A stretch of DNA of 50,054 nt, filler included, from Streblomastix strix (lineage: Eukaryota): the NCBI GenBank assembly GCA_008636045.1. It is 3 parts of 3 records of this genome, joined end to end, with 100 filler letters (N's around TTAATTAATTAA, not from the genome) between each part and the next. Parts side by side here need not be neighbours in the genome. Positions count along the whole stretch, not along the records: positions 33,441 to 50,054 come from SNRW01000786.1; 2 more parts are not named here. One strand, 5' to 3'. Below, in pieces: positions 33,441 to 48,992 of the stretch (positions are counted from its first letter, which is position 1; each line of letters starts with the position of its first letter). The notes under the pieces are model-generated. The model saw nothing but the letters and a program-made list of their open reading frames with translations, was not told the origin of the DNA and did not search any database. The translations under genes and the position numbers were made by a program.

Positions 33441-35931
33441 TTATTTTTCACTCCTTTTCACCATAAATTATTTTTATTTTCCATTACGATTGATTATATT
33501 CACTATTGTTTTTTCGTTATTTTTAAGTTTTAATTCCATAGGGCAGTGGGGTTCTTTTGCCTACTACTAGAATTCAAATCCAAGAAAAGTATCATTTTTT
33601 CATCATTTTCTAACCATTTATTTTTTTTCTTTTAATTTATGCAACGTTTTAGATTATTTGCCCAAACATGAAGCAACATTTTTGTTACAAATACTCTCTT
33701 ATTTGCCATTGCAAGCTCATCTTCTTCATCAGTAGCTTCTTGTTCTCCTTCGCTTACTTTTGATAATCCCCTAAACACCATAGCTTAAGGTCGCTACTTC
33801 GCCCTTCAACTAATGGAAAATAAAAACGAAATACAGAATGCGTTTGATTTTTTTTTGTAATCTCTATTGCTCTTTTTACCCCTGTAATTTTTGCTATTTC
33901 TATTTTACTATCCATAGTTATTTTGATCACATCCATATTTATAATTGATCTTAATCGAACTTCATTAATAACATATATTGAGTAGATAATAACAAACAAA
34001 TGATTTATTTTTGAGTAATATGTAGCTTCAACTTTCTCTTTAGTTTATGAAAGAATTTGAAGAATATAATTATATGGTTTTTAGAGATTATTGAATTATA
34101 AGAAAGAGAATGAAAAGATGTTTCATTCTTGAATTTATTTTATTTTGGCAATAACTATAATTTGACTGATTTATCATATTTTGATTTTTATTTCTACATT
34201 ATCATATCATATATGTATCATCCAACGTCATTGAAAGATATTTCCTGCTTTTCTGTCAATTTATTGCGAATTTCATCCGCAAATATTTATTACTCGTATT
34301 TTTGTAAGAAATAGATCATATTTTTTCTTTCTTCTCATCAAATTTGGCTTTACGGTAAAAATATGAATCTCATATATAAATTCTTCCAGGAATACTTTGG
34401 AAATCTCGCGCAATTCTTCACACTTATTTTTGGAAAAGTTTCAATACTTCAAGGATTTTATCTTGAATGAAACTTAATCTCTTCAATTAAGGACAATTTT
34501 TAACGTTCAGTTTATTTTCTTTCTACTTTTTCTTGTCAAAGGTACGTTTTACTATTGTTTGAACGAGAATATTAGAGAAAATAGAAATCGTACTAGCTCT
34601 ACTTACAATCATTAAAATAATTTTTACAATAAAATCATTCTTTGTTACTTCATAATAATTATTTTAAATCGCTTGTTTCGGAATAGTATTTATTGTTTCG
34701 GAGTAGCAAAGGTAAGGTACAAGAATATTTATACAATAATAGTTCATTAAAATTAAATTAATTTTCAAAATTATTATTTTAATATTAATTTTTATAAAAA
34801 AATTATTAAAGAAAATTAAAAAATAATTAATTTTTATAAATTCAAAATAACTTCTCAAATCGTATAACAATATTTATTATATTTATTTTTTCATTTAATA
34901 TCATGACTATTATACTAATTCAAAAAAATTGAAATATAAGCTAAATACATAAAAAAATTAAAAAATTTTATAGAAAAATTATTTAATTTTTTTAAACAAA
35001 AAAAATTTTAATTTTTATAAAAGATGTATTATATCTATTAATTAATTTTTATGAATATGCTTATTATAATTATTTTTTACAATAATACTAGCATAATTGA
35101 AGTAAAAATAGAAAATCCATTGTTGATTTACTTTTTTTTCAATCCATTAATATTTTTAAATCTTAATCTACAAAAATTTCCTCAAAAATCAAATAATCAA
35201 AGTCATAAATAATACATATTTACAAATTTTATATAATAAATTCTCAGTTTTGAATGATTTTTCATTCTTTTATGTTTCTCTATTATAAAGAAGCAATTTT
35301 CTATTGATTTTTGCTCATTTAAATTCTAAAAAATATCGTTAAACTCCATCATTCTTTGAAAAATATATAATATACTTTCAAAAATCAGTTATGAAATGAT
35401 AATCATCAATAAAAAATTAAAGATAACATGAATAGTACAGATATTAATCAAATATTGATAATAAAAAATTTATATTAATATAATTTAGATAAAATATAAC
35501 GTAGTCATATTTACGTTTATTTCATTCATATCAAATATCGTATGCGAAATTATTAGTTATGATAATAAAAAAGAAAATGTAATATTTTCAAAATTTAAAA
35601 TAAAACTGAATAAATTCATTCAATATAATATATGTAATAAATTTTTTAATTTATATGGATTAATTGAAATAAAATATTTATTTTTATTTAAATATTTTCT
35701 GCATATTCAATAAAATCATTTATAATTATATATTTTTAATGAAAGAAAATAATTTTAATGAATAAATAAATTTTCATTATTAAATTCTTAACAATTTATT
35801 AACCAAAAAAGCACTCAATAATAAGTGCTCAATTCTTAACTCTCCATAAGTACACGCAATTTTTCGACAGCTGCCAAAAAGAGGTGAAAACAAGGCTTAA
35901 AAGTTAGATACAAATAGTAGTGGTAATTAGA

Positions 35932-38900
35932 ATGCATGATAATTATTTAGTGGAAAATAACGGCAGCGATAAGTTCCTGCAAACAATTTAAAATAAATAG
36001 CAAAAAGCCAAAAATATGCTGAATTAAACGATTAGTTAGAAATATAAAATAGATTTATAAATAAATAGCAAAATTTATTCTGATTTATAAAAGAGGTTAT
36101 ATGGTATGAACATTACAGGATTCCACTTTTTAATATTTTTCTTATAATTACTTTCTTTCTCGTCTCCTGCTTTATTAAACGTAAAATTTTTACATTTTTA
36201 TTAAACATTTACTAGAGGTATTCAATAATTTAATTTATTTATGAATTTGGTATTATGAGTATTATGAATATTTATTTTTTTAAAATTCAGGATGAAGTTG
36301 AGGTAGAAAACCAAGAAACAAATAATTTTTCATTGAAATTGTTTGATATTGATGTAAAAAAGTGGGGAAATGAATGGAAATTTAAGAAAGATTTAATTCT
36401 TTAAAATCGGCCCTAAGAGTAATAAGAAAAACATTTGAAAACAATAGATAGAAACAAATAAACTAAATAAGGAATTTAGAAAACGAAGAACAATTAAGAT
36501 TTCACACAAACACCTACAAAATCATCTCAAAATATGCAAGAATCTTAACAGACTCGGAAAATCAGACGTGAACTTGGTATTGGTTTTGATGAACTGAATT
36601 CAAGAATAATTGATGAACGATAGAGAAAACATCATTCAATTAATTATACATAAATTGGAGATACTTCTGCTAATCACTCTATTATCAAGAATCAACATTA
36701 ACCAGTGACTGATTTACATAACATTATTTCTTCTCCGAACCATTTAGATCAGATTGAATCTCCATTTGAATCACCATAATCTTCAAATTCTTAACAAAAC
36801 TCCATTATTTAACCTCAGATATATGATTATCAAAATTCTTAATAATAGAGTGCAAATTAATTATAACCAGACATTCTTAAGATAAAAAGACTTCCAGTGA
36901 AATAAAAGTTGGATAATAAACATAAAAAGAAAATTAAAATAACTTTAAAACCAAAAATTAAATTATCTTTTAAAGATCAACTAAATTCAAATAAACCTGA
37001 TTTGACCAGAATCAACTAATTAATATAAAGTAAATATCAAGTTAGTGAACCTTTAGTTAAGTAGCATAGAAGAAAGATGGATATTGCGATAAGATTGAAA
37101 TAATAGCAGTATATTCTTGGAAGATAAATTATATGTGTATTTGCTGGGCCATTTTTCATTGGAACAAGTCTTTAACTTCGATATCGAAAGAAATTAAAAA
37201 ACATAATTATAGAATAAGCTTAGCCTAATACATAGTAAATAATTGATCCTTACTAAGTATAAATATTAGGTGCATAATAACATTAACAACTTTAACATGA
37301 TATTCAAAGTGATGATGATTTTTTCAGTGAAGTCACATCTGATGATGCCACTGAATCAAAGATAAATGGAAGGATATAAAATAATATTGAACTTAAATTA
37401 AATGATAATTAAATTAACTAAGAAAATACTTTAATAAAAGAAACATTATCCAACATAACACCAAATATTAATCCTCCTCCTCCTCCAACAGTTTAATTTT
37501 CTATTCCATCATCACTTCAGACATCACTTCCAAACACTTCATCATTATTCACTTCATTATTAATTTCACCTTCTTCTTAATAGACTTCTTCATTTTCACA
37601 ATAAAATGCAATACTGTAACCTGTTGCTCCATTAATTCCAACTCTTAACATAGATTTGAGTTAACCAATAAGTACAATAACTGAACAAAGAGCGAAACAG
37701 GCAATTGTTTATCTTCGAGCATATATTACTTAATAAGAATTTTTAAATGTTAATTAATAATAATCACAAAATGATTATCAGCTTAAATTGAAGAAGAAAA
37801 GAGCAATGATGTAAGCATAGAGAGAAATGAGTTAATTTGTGAGTATTGGTACATAATCTACTTCTGCTTTATTATCAACTGCAACAAATTTAATTGCTCA
37901 TCAAAAAACTAAAAATTCAACAAATAAACAAAATAATTAAGATTTTGAACCAACTCAACATAACACTCGATTACGTGCAAATGCGGAGAAGGAATTCTTT
38001 GCATTAGAAAAACCTCCTCCAGATTTTACATTTAACAGATTTTTTCAGATGAAGAAGCTTGAATACCAAACATTATTAGCAACTCCGCAATTAAGTGAAG
38101 GATTACCTATATAAAATGATAGGACATAATCAACACGTGATGCGTAGCATATGCACCATTAATATTCTATTTCTTCACCTTTTCCTTAAATACATTATCC
38201 AACATCATCCTATCCATTCATCAACAATTATTACAATCCAAATTAATACCAATAAAAGAATACAATAATCAGAACTGGAGTTAATCAGAATTAAAATCCC
38301 TATCCATATACATCATAATTAAATAATTAACCAATTCTTCTAAGAGGATAAGATTAAAATAGCTCTGGCATATATAATTCATATAACAGTAGTATTCCTG
38401 TTAATTACAATACTCATCCTGGAATTACAAAGAAATTTAGAAAGAATTCAATCAATAAGGGACTTATAAATCACAAACGGGGAAGACCTCCAAAGAATCC
38501 AAACTATTTTCTTCTTAATCAGAGTCAGTAAACCTTATCATTTACATAAAAATAATAGTAATAACAATAATAATAGCAAATTCAATTTCTTCAACAGATT
38601 CAGGTTCAGAAACCAAATTTTCATTAAAAAAAATAATCTTCTATAGGAAATAGTTAAAATGTAGTAAGAAGCGGTCAATCTCCACCTCCAGTAGTATTGT
38701 AAGTGAAACAAAATCATATTTATACACTTGTAAATGATATATGGCATTAAGTGAGAGTACTTGGGTAAGTATAATATATTAATATGATGGAGAATATTAT
38801 GAATGAAATAATAAATAATTAAAATGAAAGTTTAAATTACGAATTTTCATCTTAATCTTCATATTCATATTCATAATTTTCATTTCACCAATATCAATCA

Positions 38901-41900
38901 AATAAATCCATTTTCAATTCAAACGCAAATAAAAAAGATTTCATTTTCCCTTTATTTTCATTCCCTCCATTTCTTGAATCATGGATTCCTCCATCACAAA
39001 CATCTTTTTATATACCGAAGATGACTCTCCCTTCAAATGATGATGAAGATGTATACACACAAGGAAATATGAATGACGATGGAAGAGATGTTATGACAGA
39101 ATAAGGATCTGGAGTTGGTTATTCTTCTTCCATTAACTTGCAACAATAGAAATAAAATTTGAGTATTAGAATGATTTAAAGTCCAATTATTAAGCCATTT
39201 TTTAAGAATTAACAAAATTAAAATCCAGATTTAGATTCAGAAGCACAATAAAATGAGAAATCGCAACAACCTTATAATAATCCATTTAATTTAAATGACT
39301 TGTTAAACATCAATAATGACAAATCATCATTCTCAAATCATTAACAAAAATCATAATCCTCTTCATATTCATATTCAAATCTGTAAAATTAATAATTATT
39401 TCAATCTTCAATTCCTTCTCAATTTTCTCTACAAACAAATATTCTTCGATAATCTTTGTCTGTTCGCTAAGACTTGATTGAAAAGTATGATCCCTTCCAC
39501 AAATATTCTCTGTTTCTGCCCTATACTTAATTCTTCCCACTTTCACCTCGTGGACCTTCATATGCATTATTTGGTGAGACACTTTCTTCAGATCTTTACA
39601 TGATATGGGATTTTGTTGGATCATATTTCTCTGAGATAATAAATGAGAGTGAAGAATTTATTCAAGAATTGGTCTTATTCTATGCAAATGAATTGAACGA
39701 AAGTTTGGATTAGCATTTTAAGAATAATAATAAATAAATTACAAAGAAAACAAAAACAAAGTTAAAATAATTAGATACTTTGAATAGTAGGGGGTTTACT
39801 GATGAAAAAATGGATGAAGATGATGAAGATGATGAATTATCAGATAAAGAAAACTAGAAAGATAATAAAAAGAAATAATTATTTACTAATAATTCTATTC
39901 TAAATGCAGTTTCCCTCCTTTTAAACGTTAATTCATCTTAATTTTCTAATTCTAATTCTGCAACTAATCGTTTTTAATCCCTCAAAATATTTCATTGGAA
40001 CAATTCTACACATGAATCATAACATAAAAAAATGAATAAAAGAAAAAAATAGAGATTTAAGAATAGATTTTCATATGATATCTGAAAATTGGGTCAAAAA
40101 CCAGAAAATAACGAAAATAAAGAAATTATAGATAATTAGTTATAATTTGAAAACAATAAAATATAATATGAAAAAGGAGGGAACATTAATGCAAATGCTA
40201 ATCAAGATGATGAAGATAATTAAATTGATTAATTTGATGATGAAAAAACAGAAACAGAAACCGAATCATAAATGTAAAAAGATATAGAAAATGAAGAAGA
40301 AAAATAAAATTAATAATAATATTAATAAATATAAATAAATTTAAATAATAAATTTGAAATTTTAAACGATCGGAAATCTAATATTATGGCAAAAATTGAT
40401 GAAATTGAAGAAAAAGAAGTAAAATCTCTCTCATAAACTGAAAATGTTCATTCGCAATTCGATAATTCATATGATAATTAAATTAATTAAGAATAAGAAG
40501 AAATGAAAATTTAAGATATTGATGAAGAAGATGAAAATAAAAAGAAAAAGAAAAAAGTAAATTATGGGATGAAAGAAATAATAGGATTAATTGAATAATA
40601 ATAAATGTAAATGAAATAAAATAATACCCCTAAAGAAAAAAAAGCTATTTTTTCCAATTAAGTGAAAGGTAAATAGAAAGATAATTAATAGTAAATAATT
40701 ATGGGAGAAAATTTTAATTAATCAACTATCTAATCAGAAAATGTTGGAAATATTTCTTATATTTAAAATTTTTAATTACAAGATATCAAACGCATATTAT
40801 ATGATTTAAAAGAAGTTTAAGAAAAAGAGGATGAAGAAGAGAACAATTTTAATGATTTACAAATTGTTCTCCAATTCTATAAATAATTGCTATCCGAACA
40901 AGAAGAATTATTAAAACTAATGGAAATTAATAATAAGAAAGAAAATTCATTGAAATACAATAAGGATAACAATAAAGAAAAAAGAGAATAATCTCAGACA
41001 ATGAAAATTAATGATGATGGAGAAAATGATGATCAAAACTCTATTCATTCTGATATTTCCAATAATGATGATGATCCATAAAAAGAATAAGAAACAGTTT
41101 AAAGCGCGTTTCACTAAAAGCCACCAATGATGTTTCGTAAGCTAGATAATCAACCTCGAACTAGTTATATTAAATCATCAAAACAATTAAACATTTATGA
41201 TTATGGGGTAATAATGTTTAATAATATGAAACTAAATTAATAAAGAGAATTATGCTAATAAATTAAAAGAACACTTTTTCATATATAAGATTTAATTGAC
41301 GCATCTTCTATTTCATCTTCATAACATCTCACAATTTTGAGATATAATCAACAGAGATAGGAATAAAGTAACAATTATAAGGCGTGGTTTGATAATAAGA
41401 AGAAGAAACTGCATAATTTGTATCATTCTCGTCCAATTATTCCATATTTATTCTCTTTCTCTAAATTTTGTTAGGGAAATATAAACTTCAATATTGTATA
41501 AAAATTGAATGATTTGAATGTAGAAAGTAATAATATGAATTAATAGTTGTAAATTAACCGAAAGAATAGTATTGCAACAATATCTAATTTCAAGTAAAAT
41601 CGTTCCAAGAAAACATAGCCAATTGGCAGATTAATAGACAACCATCTTTATAAGAGACAATTTAACAAAGGTGCAATTCCATATTCACCACTTTAGGGAA
41701 TATAAGAAAACTCGTTGGAGATTATTAAGGAAGAGTTGAAATAAAGAAAAATAAAAAAGAACCTGATTTAGTAATAAGAAAATGAGATTGAAAATACGAG
41801 TAAAAATTTGTATTTATTCTAGAATAATGATATATAGAAGAAAGATAATAATGATGAAACTGAAATTGATTTGATAATAGAATTACTCCAAAGGGATCTA

Positions 41901-44900
41901 AAGAATGTTGCTACAGCAAACAGTCGTTATATCGCATTTATATTAAATGAATTATACAGAATGAGAAATATTGAAACATATCCTCGTTCTTTCACCATTT
42001 CCTAATCTTTATTATAAAATAATCAGAATTAACGGGGTGAATGTTTAAATTATTATATTTAGTTGATCTTTGATTAAAAATTGAGATCTAAGATTCTAAC
42101 TATGATGTCAATTGAAGTGCTTTCACGAAAAAGAATGGGATATATATTGGAATAATCTCGTTCACTCATTTATGTTCTTAAACCCGAGTTATCAAAATTG
42201 AATGACAAAATTATTTAAACTGAACTAGGTTAAGAATTTGATATTTGGAACAGGCAAATAAAATCTATTGATGATAAATAGAAGAAATCGAAGTCAAATA
42301 AGTTATGGAGATCATTTATTGGATACCCGAAGAAAGAAAAAAGAAAAAATAGTTTAAAGAAAAGATAAGAATAAGGAGAAAAATTGAAATTTGGTAAATT
42401 ATAGAAAAAGAAAGAAGAAGAATAAGATAATAAGGAAGAGAATGTAACTGAAGATAATATTAAAGAAAAAAATAAAATGATAGTAGATGGAGAAATTATA
42501 GACGAAATAACAATGGTTAAGATTAAAAGAAGTAGAGATGAAGAACGTGAAGATAATACTGAAATTAATGAAAAAGATATGTAGATAAAGATAGGAGATA
42601 AATAAGAGAAAGAAAATATTCTTAAAGTGGAAAAGAAATTAATTAGTGATGATGATTAGATAAAAGAAATAAATTAAGGGAAAGGAATAAAGAGAAGAAA
42701 AATTGATGAATCATAATCAGAATAAAGTGTTGGAAACAATATTGAAAATAAAAATAAAATTCCGAAGTCAAAATAAATAAAAAAAGAAACTTAATTATAA
42801 ACGAAATAAAATTCCTAAAAAGTAAAATCGTAAATAATAGTAGAAGAGGATAAAATTGAAAATGATTCAACACATGAATAAAAAGAAGAAATAAAAGAAG
42901 AATTAAAAATATATAATCAAAAATAAATTGAAGAAGATATTGTGATCAATAATTTAGAGGAATATTTACTTTATAAAGATTATTAGTAAGAAAAGAGACA
43001 CAGAGGATAAAACAAATTTATATAATCTTAGCCTCAATAAATTTAATCATATTCATCTTCTTCATCATCTTCTTCATCATCTTCAATTTCTGTATCTCGA
43101 ACCTCACAAGTATCAACGAGATAAAAATCGATAAATATTTAATTGAATTTTAAACCAAAACTATTTCAGCAGATTTAAAAATAAGATATTGCAGATTCCG
43201 ATTAAAACAGTGGAACAAATGAACAAATTAGCATCCATCGTATTTGTCCATTAGAATATAAGAGGAAAAAAAGAAATTAAAAAACAATTATTAAAGATTA
43301 AGATTTGAATTAAAGAATTGATATAAGTATTGGACAAGGATTAGGATTAGATATTTATTAAGGGAATTCTCAGAGTATAGGGAGTATTATGGCTTGGAAT
43401 AGAACTATTGCTGATCTGAAACATTTGATAAATGTGAGTAAGAAAGGTTCTTCAATGATGAAGATAAATAAAATATAGGATGATGAAAAAGAAAAGACTG
43501 AAAAGGCATAAGATAACATGAAAGAAAAAGAATTAGAAAGATAATTGAAAGGACCAGATAAATACGATTATTGGAAAGAGAAAGAGAAAGCATATAAACT
43601 TATTCAACAGATGACAACAATGAGTTCAATCTTTATTCCAATTCACCCATTTGCAGCTCAGCCAAACTTGAATACATATAATATTCATTCAAATGAAACG
43701 AGTAATTAATTAAACAGTAATGCAAATGTTAGTAATTCAATACTAAAACTTAAGAATCCACCTCATTAAAGATTAGTTAATGATTATTATTAGAATAGAA
43801 ATAAAGGTTAAATATAATCAATAGAAATTGAACTGACTAATCTATCTCATTCGAATGTACATTCATCATATTATTAACAACGGCATCATCCTCATTAAAA
43901 TTATAACTTGCATTCCTCGTAAGCTATTCAATCATAAAACCAAACATTCTTATCTTTGCTATAAAGATTCAACATTGAATCTAAATCTTAATCTTAATAT
44001 ATCAAGGTTAAAACTTCCTCTACATATAAACATGCAGCCTAAGCACCATAATCTTCCATTGTATTCAATATTTTAGATTAATTGAAATATGAGAAAAAGA
44101 AAAAGAAAAAGAAAGATATGAACAAGGATATTGATGATAAAATGAATATTGATTACGATGCATAATAAGAAGAAATGAAAAGTCTGACTGAAACAATAAA
44201 GCACTATGAAAATTCTCTAAGTTCTTCATCAATTTAAACTAATTAATCCTTCAATACGAACCAACTAACATCTGATCAATTTTAAAATGAAATTTTAGAT
44301 AGTTAATTTTTATTTGATGACGAAGACGCTAATGATGAAATAATAGTAAAGAATAGTCAAGAATTATAAGATGATGAAAATTTTAATGAATTAAATAAAT
44401 TATTATCAGAATAAGTAGATATTGAAGAAAAAAAAGATAAAGCATAAAAATAGAAGATTGATAAAGAAATATAAAAGAAAAAAGTACCAAAGAAGGAAAA
44501 ACTTAATATCATTAAACGCACAGATAAGCCAAAAATTAAAACGCATTGGCCACCATATATGGCTCAGTTTTCTTCACTTCTCAAAGTTTAACCTGTCCTT
44601 GAAAATATAACTAAATAATATAAATAGAAATTGAGAAGCAAACAAAAGCTGAAACCAAATTATTTATTCACTTCATAAGTATATTCTTTTGATTAAACAA
44701 TTTATAATCGAAAAGATTCCAGAATTCCTCAATCAAGAAGAATAATTTAAAAACTGCTTCACAATCATAATAGTTCAAATTCTCTTCTACCAAACGAATC
44801 ATAGAAGAAGATTGATGCATAACAAAGATCCCAATAGAAAATTGAGTTTGAAAAGAATTTGAATAAATTAACAATCAACAGAGCGATGGATTTAATCCCT

Positions 44901-47900
44901 AAGAAAAAGCCACCTTAACTTGATGTTTCTGGTAACATCATTAAACCTTCTCCTCCTCATTAACTTCCATAACCACCAAGTGATGAATATAAAGATATTG
45001 TATATCCAAAATTAATGGGAGTGAATGTGGTTAGGAATATCCTTTCATATAGAAAATAGGTATAACATTCTCAAAGAATTGATATTTTATTGCCTCTATA
45101 TCCACCTAAACAGAAAGTTAATAGATTTGGAGAAAAGCTACAATTGAATATTAATAATTTAAGAGATAGATTAGCGAATAATGAAGTGTAGAAGTCCTTA
45201 AATTAATTATAGCCTCCTTCTCAAGACATTTTTTTAAATAAAGAAGCAAATCCACAAAAATTATAAATATTTAATTCACTTCTTTAAACAAATTCAATTA
45301 AATCACCACTTCAAAGTCCACATTGATTATAAAATAATACGTAGGATAATGTGCTATAGACAAATCATTCTATATAATCCATATCATCATTACCTGATTA
45401 TAAATTTTTCACCCCAATTTCGGTATAATAAAATTTAATTATTTAATCAAATGACCTTCTTAACAAACAAAGATAAAATGCAAAACCAATTCACATTATT
45501 AAATTTCTTATTAAAAAATCATTGCCCGAATCACCACCACCTCCAGATTAAGGAATTGTGCATGAAGCATTGGAAATCATCAAAGAGAGAGAAAAGCATA
45601 AAATGAAAGTTACTAATTTAAATCAATAATCAGAAAGGAATGAGAAAGCTATGAATAAAGATATTGGAGAGAAAGATAATAATGAAGAATAATATAAAGA
45701 GAATTAACAAGAAAATGAGAAAGATGATGAAATATTTATGAATATTAGTGAAAATAATGAAATAAGTGATAAATAAGACACCAGCAATGAAAATTAATAT
45801 TAAGATGGCGATAAAGATACAATTATTTAGGATTTAAATAGTGAAGTTGAAAAAGAGATATTGTAACAAAAAAATAAATAAAAGAAAAAAAAGGGGAGGA
45901 AATCTGCGTTAGAAAAAGATTTTGAGAAATCTGAAGAATTTTTGAAATAAAATGAATAAAAACAAATGGAGGGAACACTTATGAATAATGAATAGAACAC
46001 ATTAAATAGTATTGACAATTAAATGATGGAAAAAGATATCCATTTTAACAATTCGCATAATTTATTAAAATAAACCTTAATATAACCAATGTAATCGTCA
46101 TCTTCATCTTCATACAAATCATATTCTTCATCTTCTAAATCATCTTAATCATAATAATCCAATTTAATATTCCCATTACCCAGAGCATAATTGATTATTC
46201 CTCCAGTTCCTGGGCTTGTATTGCCAATTTCTATGCAGGATCTTTCTCTTTCTGTTGCTAAAGCTGTCTAATAAAGCGAAAATAGTAAGAATGATAATAA
46301 TTTAAATAAATAAATGAAAAATGAAGTTAATCATTCATTAAAACATGTAAGTGATATTGAGAATTCTTAATCACAATCTAATAAGCTGCTGAAACAGAAA
46401 TAAATTCAATCAAATACCAAACTTTATTCATCTATTAAATATCCAGATAAAAATAGAAATAATTCTGCGAAATAAACACCATCATTTTAAATCAAATCAT
46501 TACCTGCAATTCCACCTCCACCTATATTATAAATATACTTTTAATAATAATAATAATCTTTAATTTTAAATTAAGGTATATAGATGATTGTTTAATAATA
46601 ATAGGATAATGATGATTAATAAAATAATAATGTTGATTTGAACATTTAAAGCACTAATGCAGAATAAGAGAATAACTCGGAACCATACGTTTATAAAGAT
46701 AGTAATCAATAAGCAGAAGAATAAAATCAAAAAAAGAACTAATCAATTTTGCCACTTATAACTAATTATGTTGCCCCTAACAAACCTGCCAATTCAAATA
46801 AAAGTTCACAAAATATGATTTATGGAAATTTTTTTACCAAAGTAGCTGAAAATTATGCATCAATGAATAAAAGTTATCCACCCAATAATTAAAATACATC
46901 AAATCAACAAGGACAACCAAAATAAGTTCTTTATATTAAACCTCAATAAAATATAATTACTCGATCTAATCAATCATCATCAACTATTAATTCACAAACT
47001 AATAATTATATTTCGTCTTCTTATTCATCCCCCTCAATAATACAACCTTCTCTTCTTCCTCCTTCTCCATATTAATAAGCATAATAATTATATGTACAAC
47101 AATTATAGCTACAATAATAATAATAAACTAATATTCCATAATTATAACCGTATCAATAATTTATTCCCCCAATTTCCACTTCAATTCTCTCTCCATAATC
47201 TTCATCTCTTTCTACACAATAATCATAATCATCTTCTTCTTCTAATAATAATAGTAATTAATCTTACAATTAATCACAATTGCCTTAATCTCCAAATCAT
47301 ACTTAGTCTATTTTACTACCGTCTTCAAGCTCTTAATTATAACAAAATTAACAAATTTCAGAAATTTCTACAAATACTTAATCATCTTTCACACAACCTT
47401 ATGCTTCTCCACAATATTAATCACAATCTTCTTAATAATCTTTAACCAATTAAATATAATTGAATTCTTAAATGCAACAATATATTCCTAATTTAATGGG
47501 AATGTCACCATATAAATCATAAATGCCATCTCCCTTTTCAGCTTCAATAATATAATAACACTAATCACAATCAATTTCTATTTAATAAGCCCAATCTCAA
47601 TAAAATCCAATTCTTAACAATCTTTCTCATTAGGTACAATTTCAATCCTCAAATTAATAATAATTCACAAATTAATTCTCCTCTGCTATGATGAATCCTT
47701 CAAAATTAATACCACCTCCAATACCATATTCTTAATCTTAACAATCATCGTATTTATCAAATTAATAACAATCTTCAATGAATAATGATATAAACTCTAA
47801 CAAATATAGAAAAGAAACATCAAAAACAAAGAAAAATGCATTAAATTCTAATAATCTTTTATTTAAATCTAATTAACGTAATAATAATAAATTAAAAATT

Positions 47901-48503
47901 AATTCCATAAAGTAAGATAGTCTTGGGAAAAAAATACAAAATCAAAAAATATTATTAATTTAAAAATCAAAAAGGAAAAAATCCGATGTCAAGACAAGAT
48001 AGAATCACAATAAAACAGAATAAATAGAACCAATGCAATAAATTGAAAATATAAACAATAATGATGATGAATATGATGAAAATGAAATATTTGGAGATTT
48101 CACATAAAAGAATAACATAACAGATTTACACAGTAAATAGTAATAACAAAACAAATCTTCAATTTCACTTCAGATTTCTGATATATATCACCCATAAAAT
48201 CTACAACCAGATTAAAAACAATAGATCTTTATGTAAAAATCATCAACATAGCGTATTTCACAACCTAAATTACGAGAAAAACCTGGATAAGCAGCAACTA
48301 TCAACTCTCTACGATCGCTTGTAACAGGAAATGTGAGTAAACCTCGTCTTTCTGCACCTGTCAATCACCTGTCAACAAACCTTGGTATAAATAGCAATGA
48401 TCTTCCATCAACAATGGACCTTGCACCAATCTTTTACGTGGATATAACTCCTGGTGGATTTTGGTTTAAGATTTTTGGTCGACCGAACCCTCGGACAACA
48501 TGA
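35932..48503 (+). CDS. Giant (~4100-codon) Q/N/S-rich protein with AT-hook and DDT-like domain; two in-frame TGAs
   Basis: One frame from 36291 to TGA 48501-48503. AT-hook KRGRPPK near 38475 and DDT-like SDLYMIWDFVGSYFSEII near 39590. Short 5' intron(s) at 36104-36290. In-frame TGAs at 40083 and 45324. Confidence 0.75.
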
Positions 48504-48992
48504 AAATCAACTCAAAATTTTGTTTGATAAATTAATTATAAATATTTATTTAATATGTTAAATATGAATAAAAAAAATTTCTAATTTCCCACTTTCTGAT
48601 CTAGTCATATTTTTATTTGTTTAATATGTTACACGACCCTGTTCAATATTATCAATTATTATTATTTTAATTTAACTCGCCATGATCTCCGTGAAAAATA
48701 CTTTTATGTGGATTTGAAACCTGTTATTTAGTTTCATTTTGCTTTACAAGGCTTTGCCATCTATTTAAATTATAGATTTTATCGCCATAAAAACAAAATA
48801 TCGTGCAATATAAACATATTATCAGCGTATGTGCTAAAACAGTTTTTTTCTTTTTTCAGATAAAATACACCTCATTTCCCAATTTTAAGCTATAATCACA
48901 ACATAAAATTTACAGGCAAACTATTTTCAAGATATTTAAATGTTTAATAATATTTTTATTTTGTTATATACTCTCTTTTTGTTGCGCGAAGA

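Noticed and set aside
33441..34612. Possible minus-strand gene including track ORF 33754-33999
   Set aside because: The frames I tried are broken by TGAs and no family is recognisable; at most a degenerate remnant.
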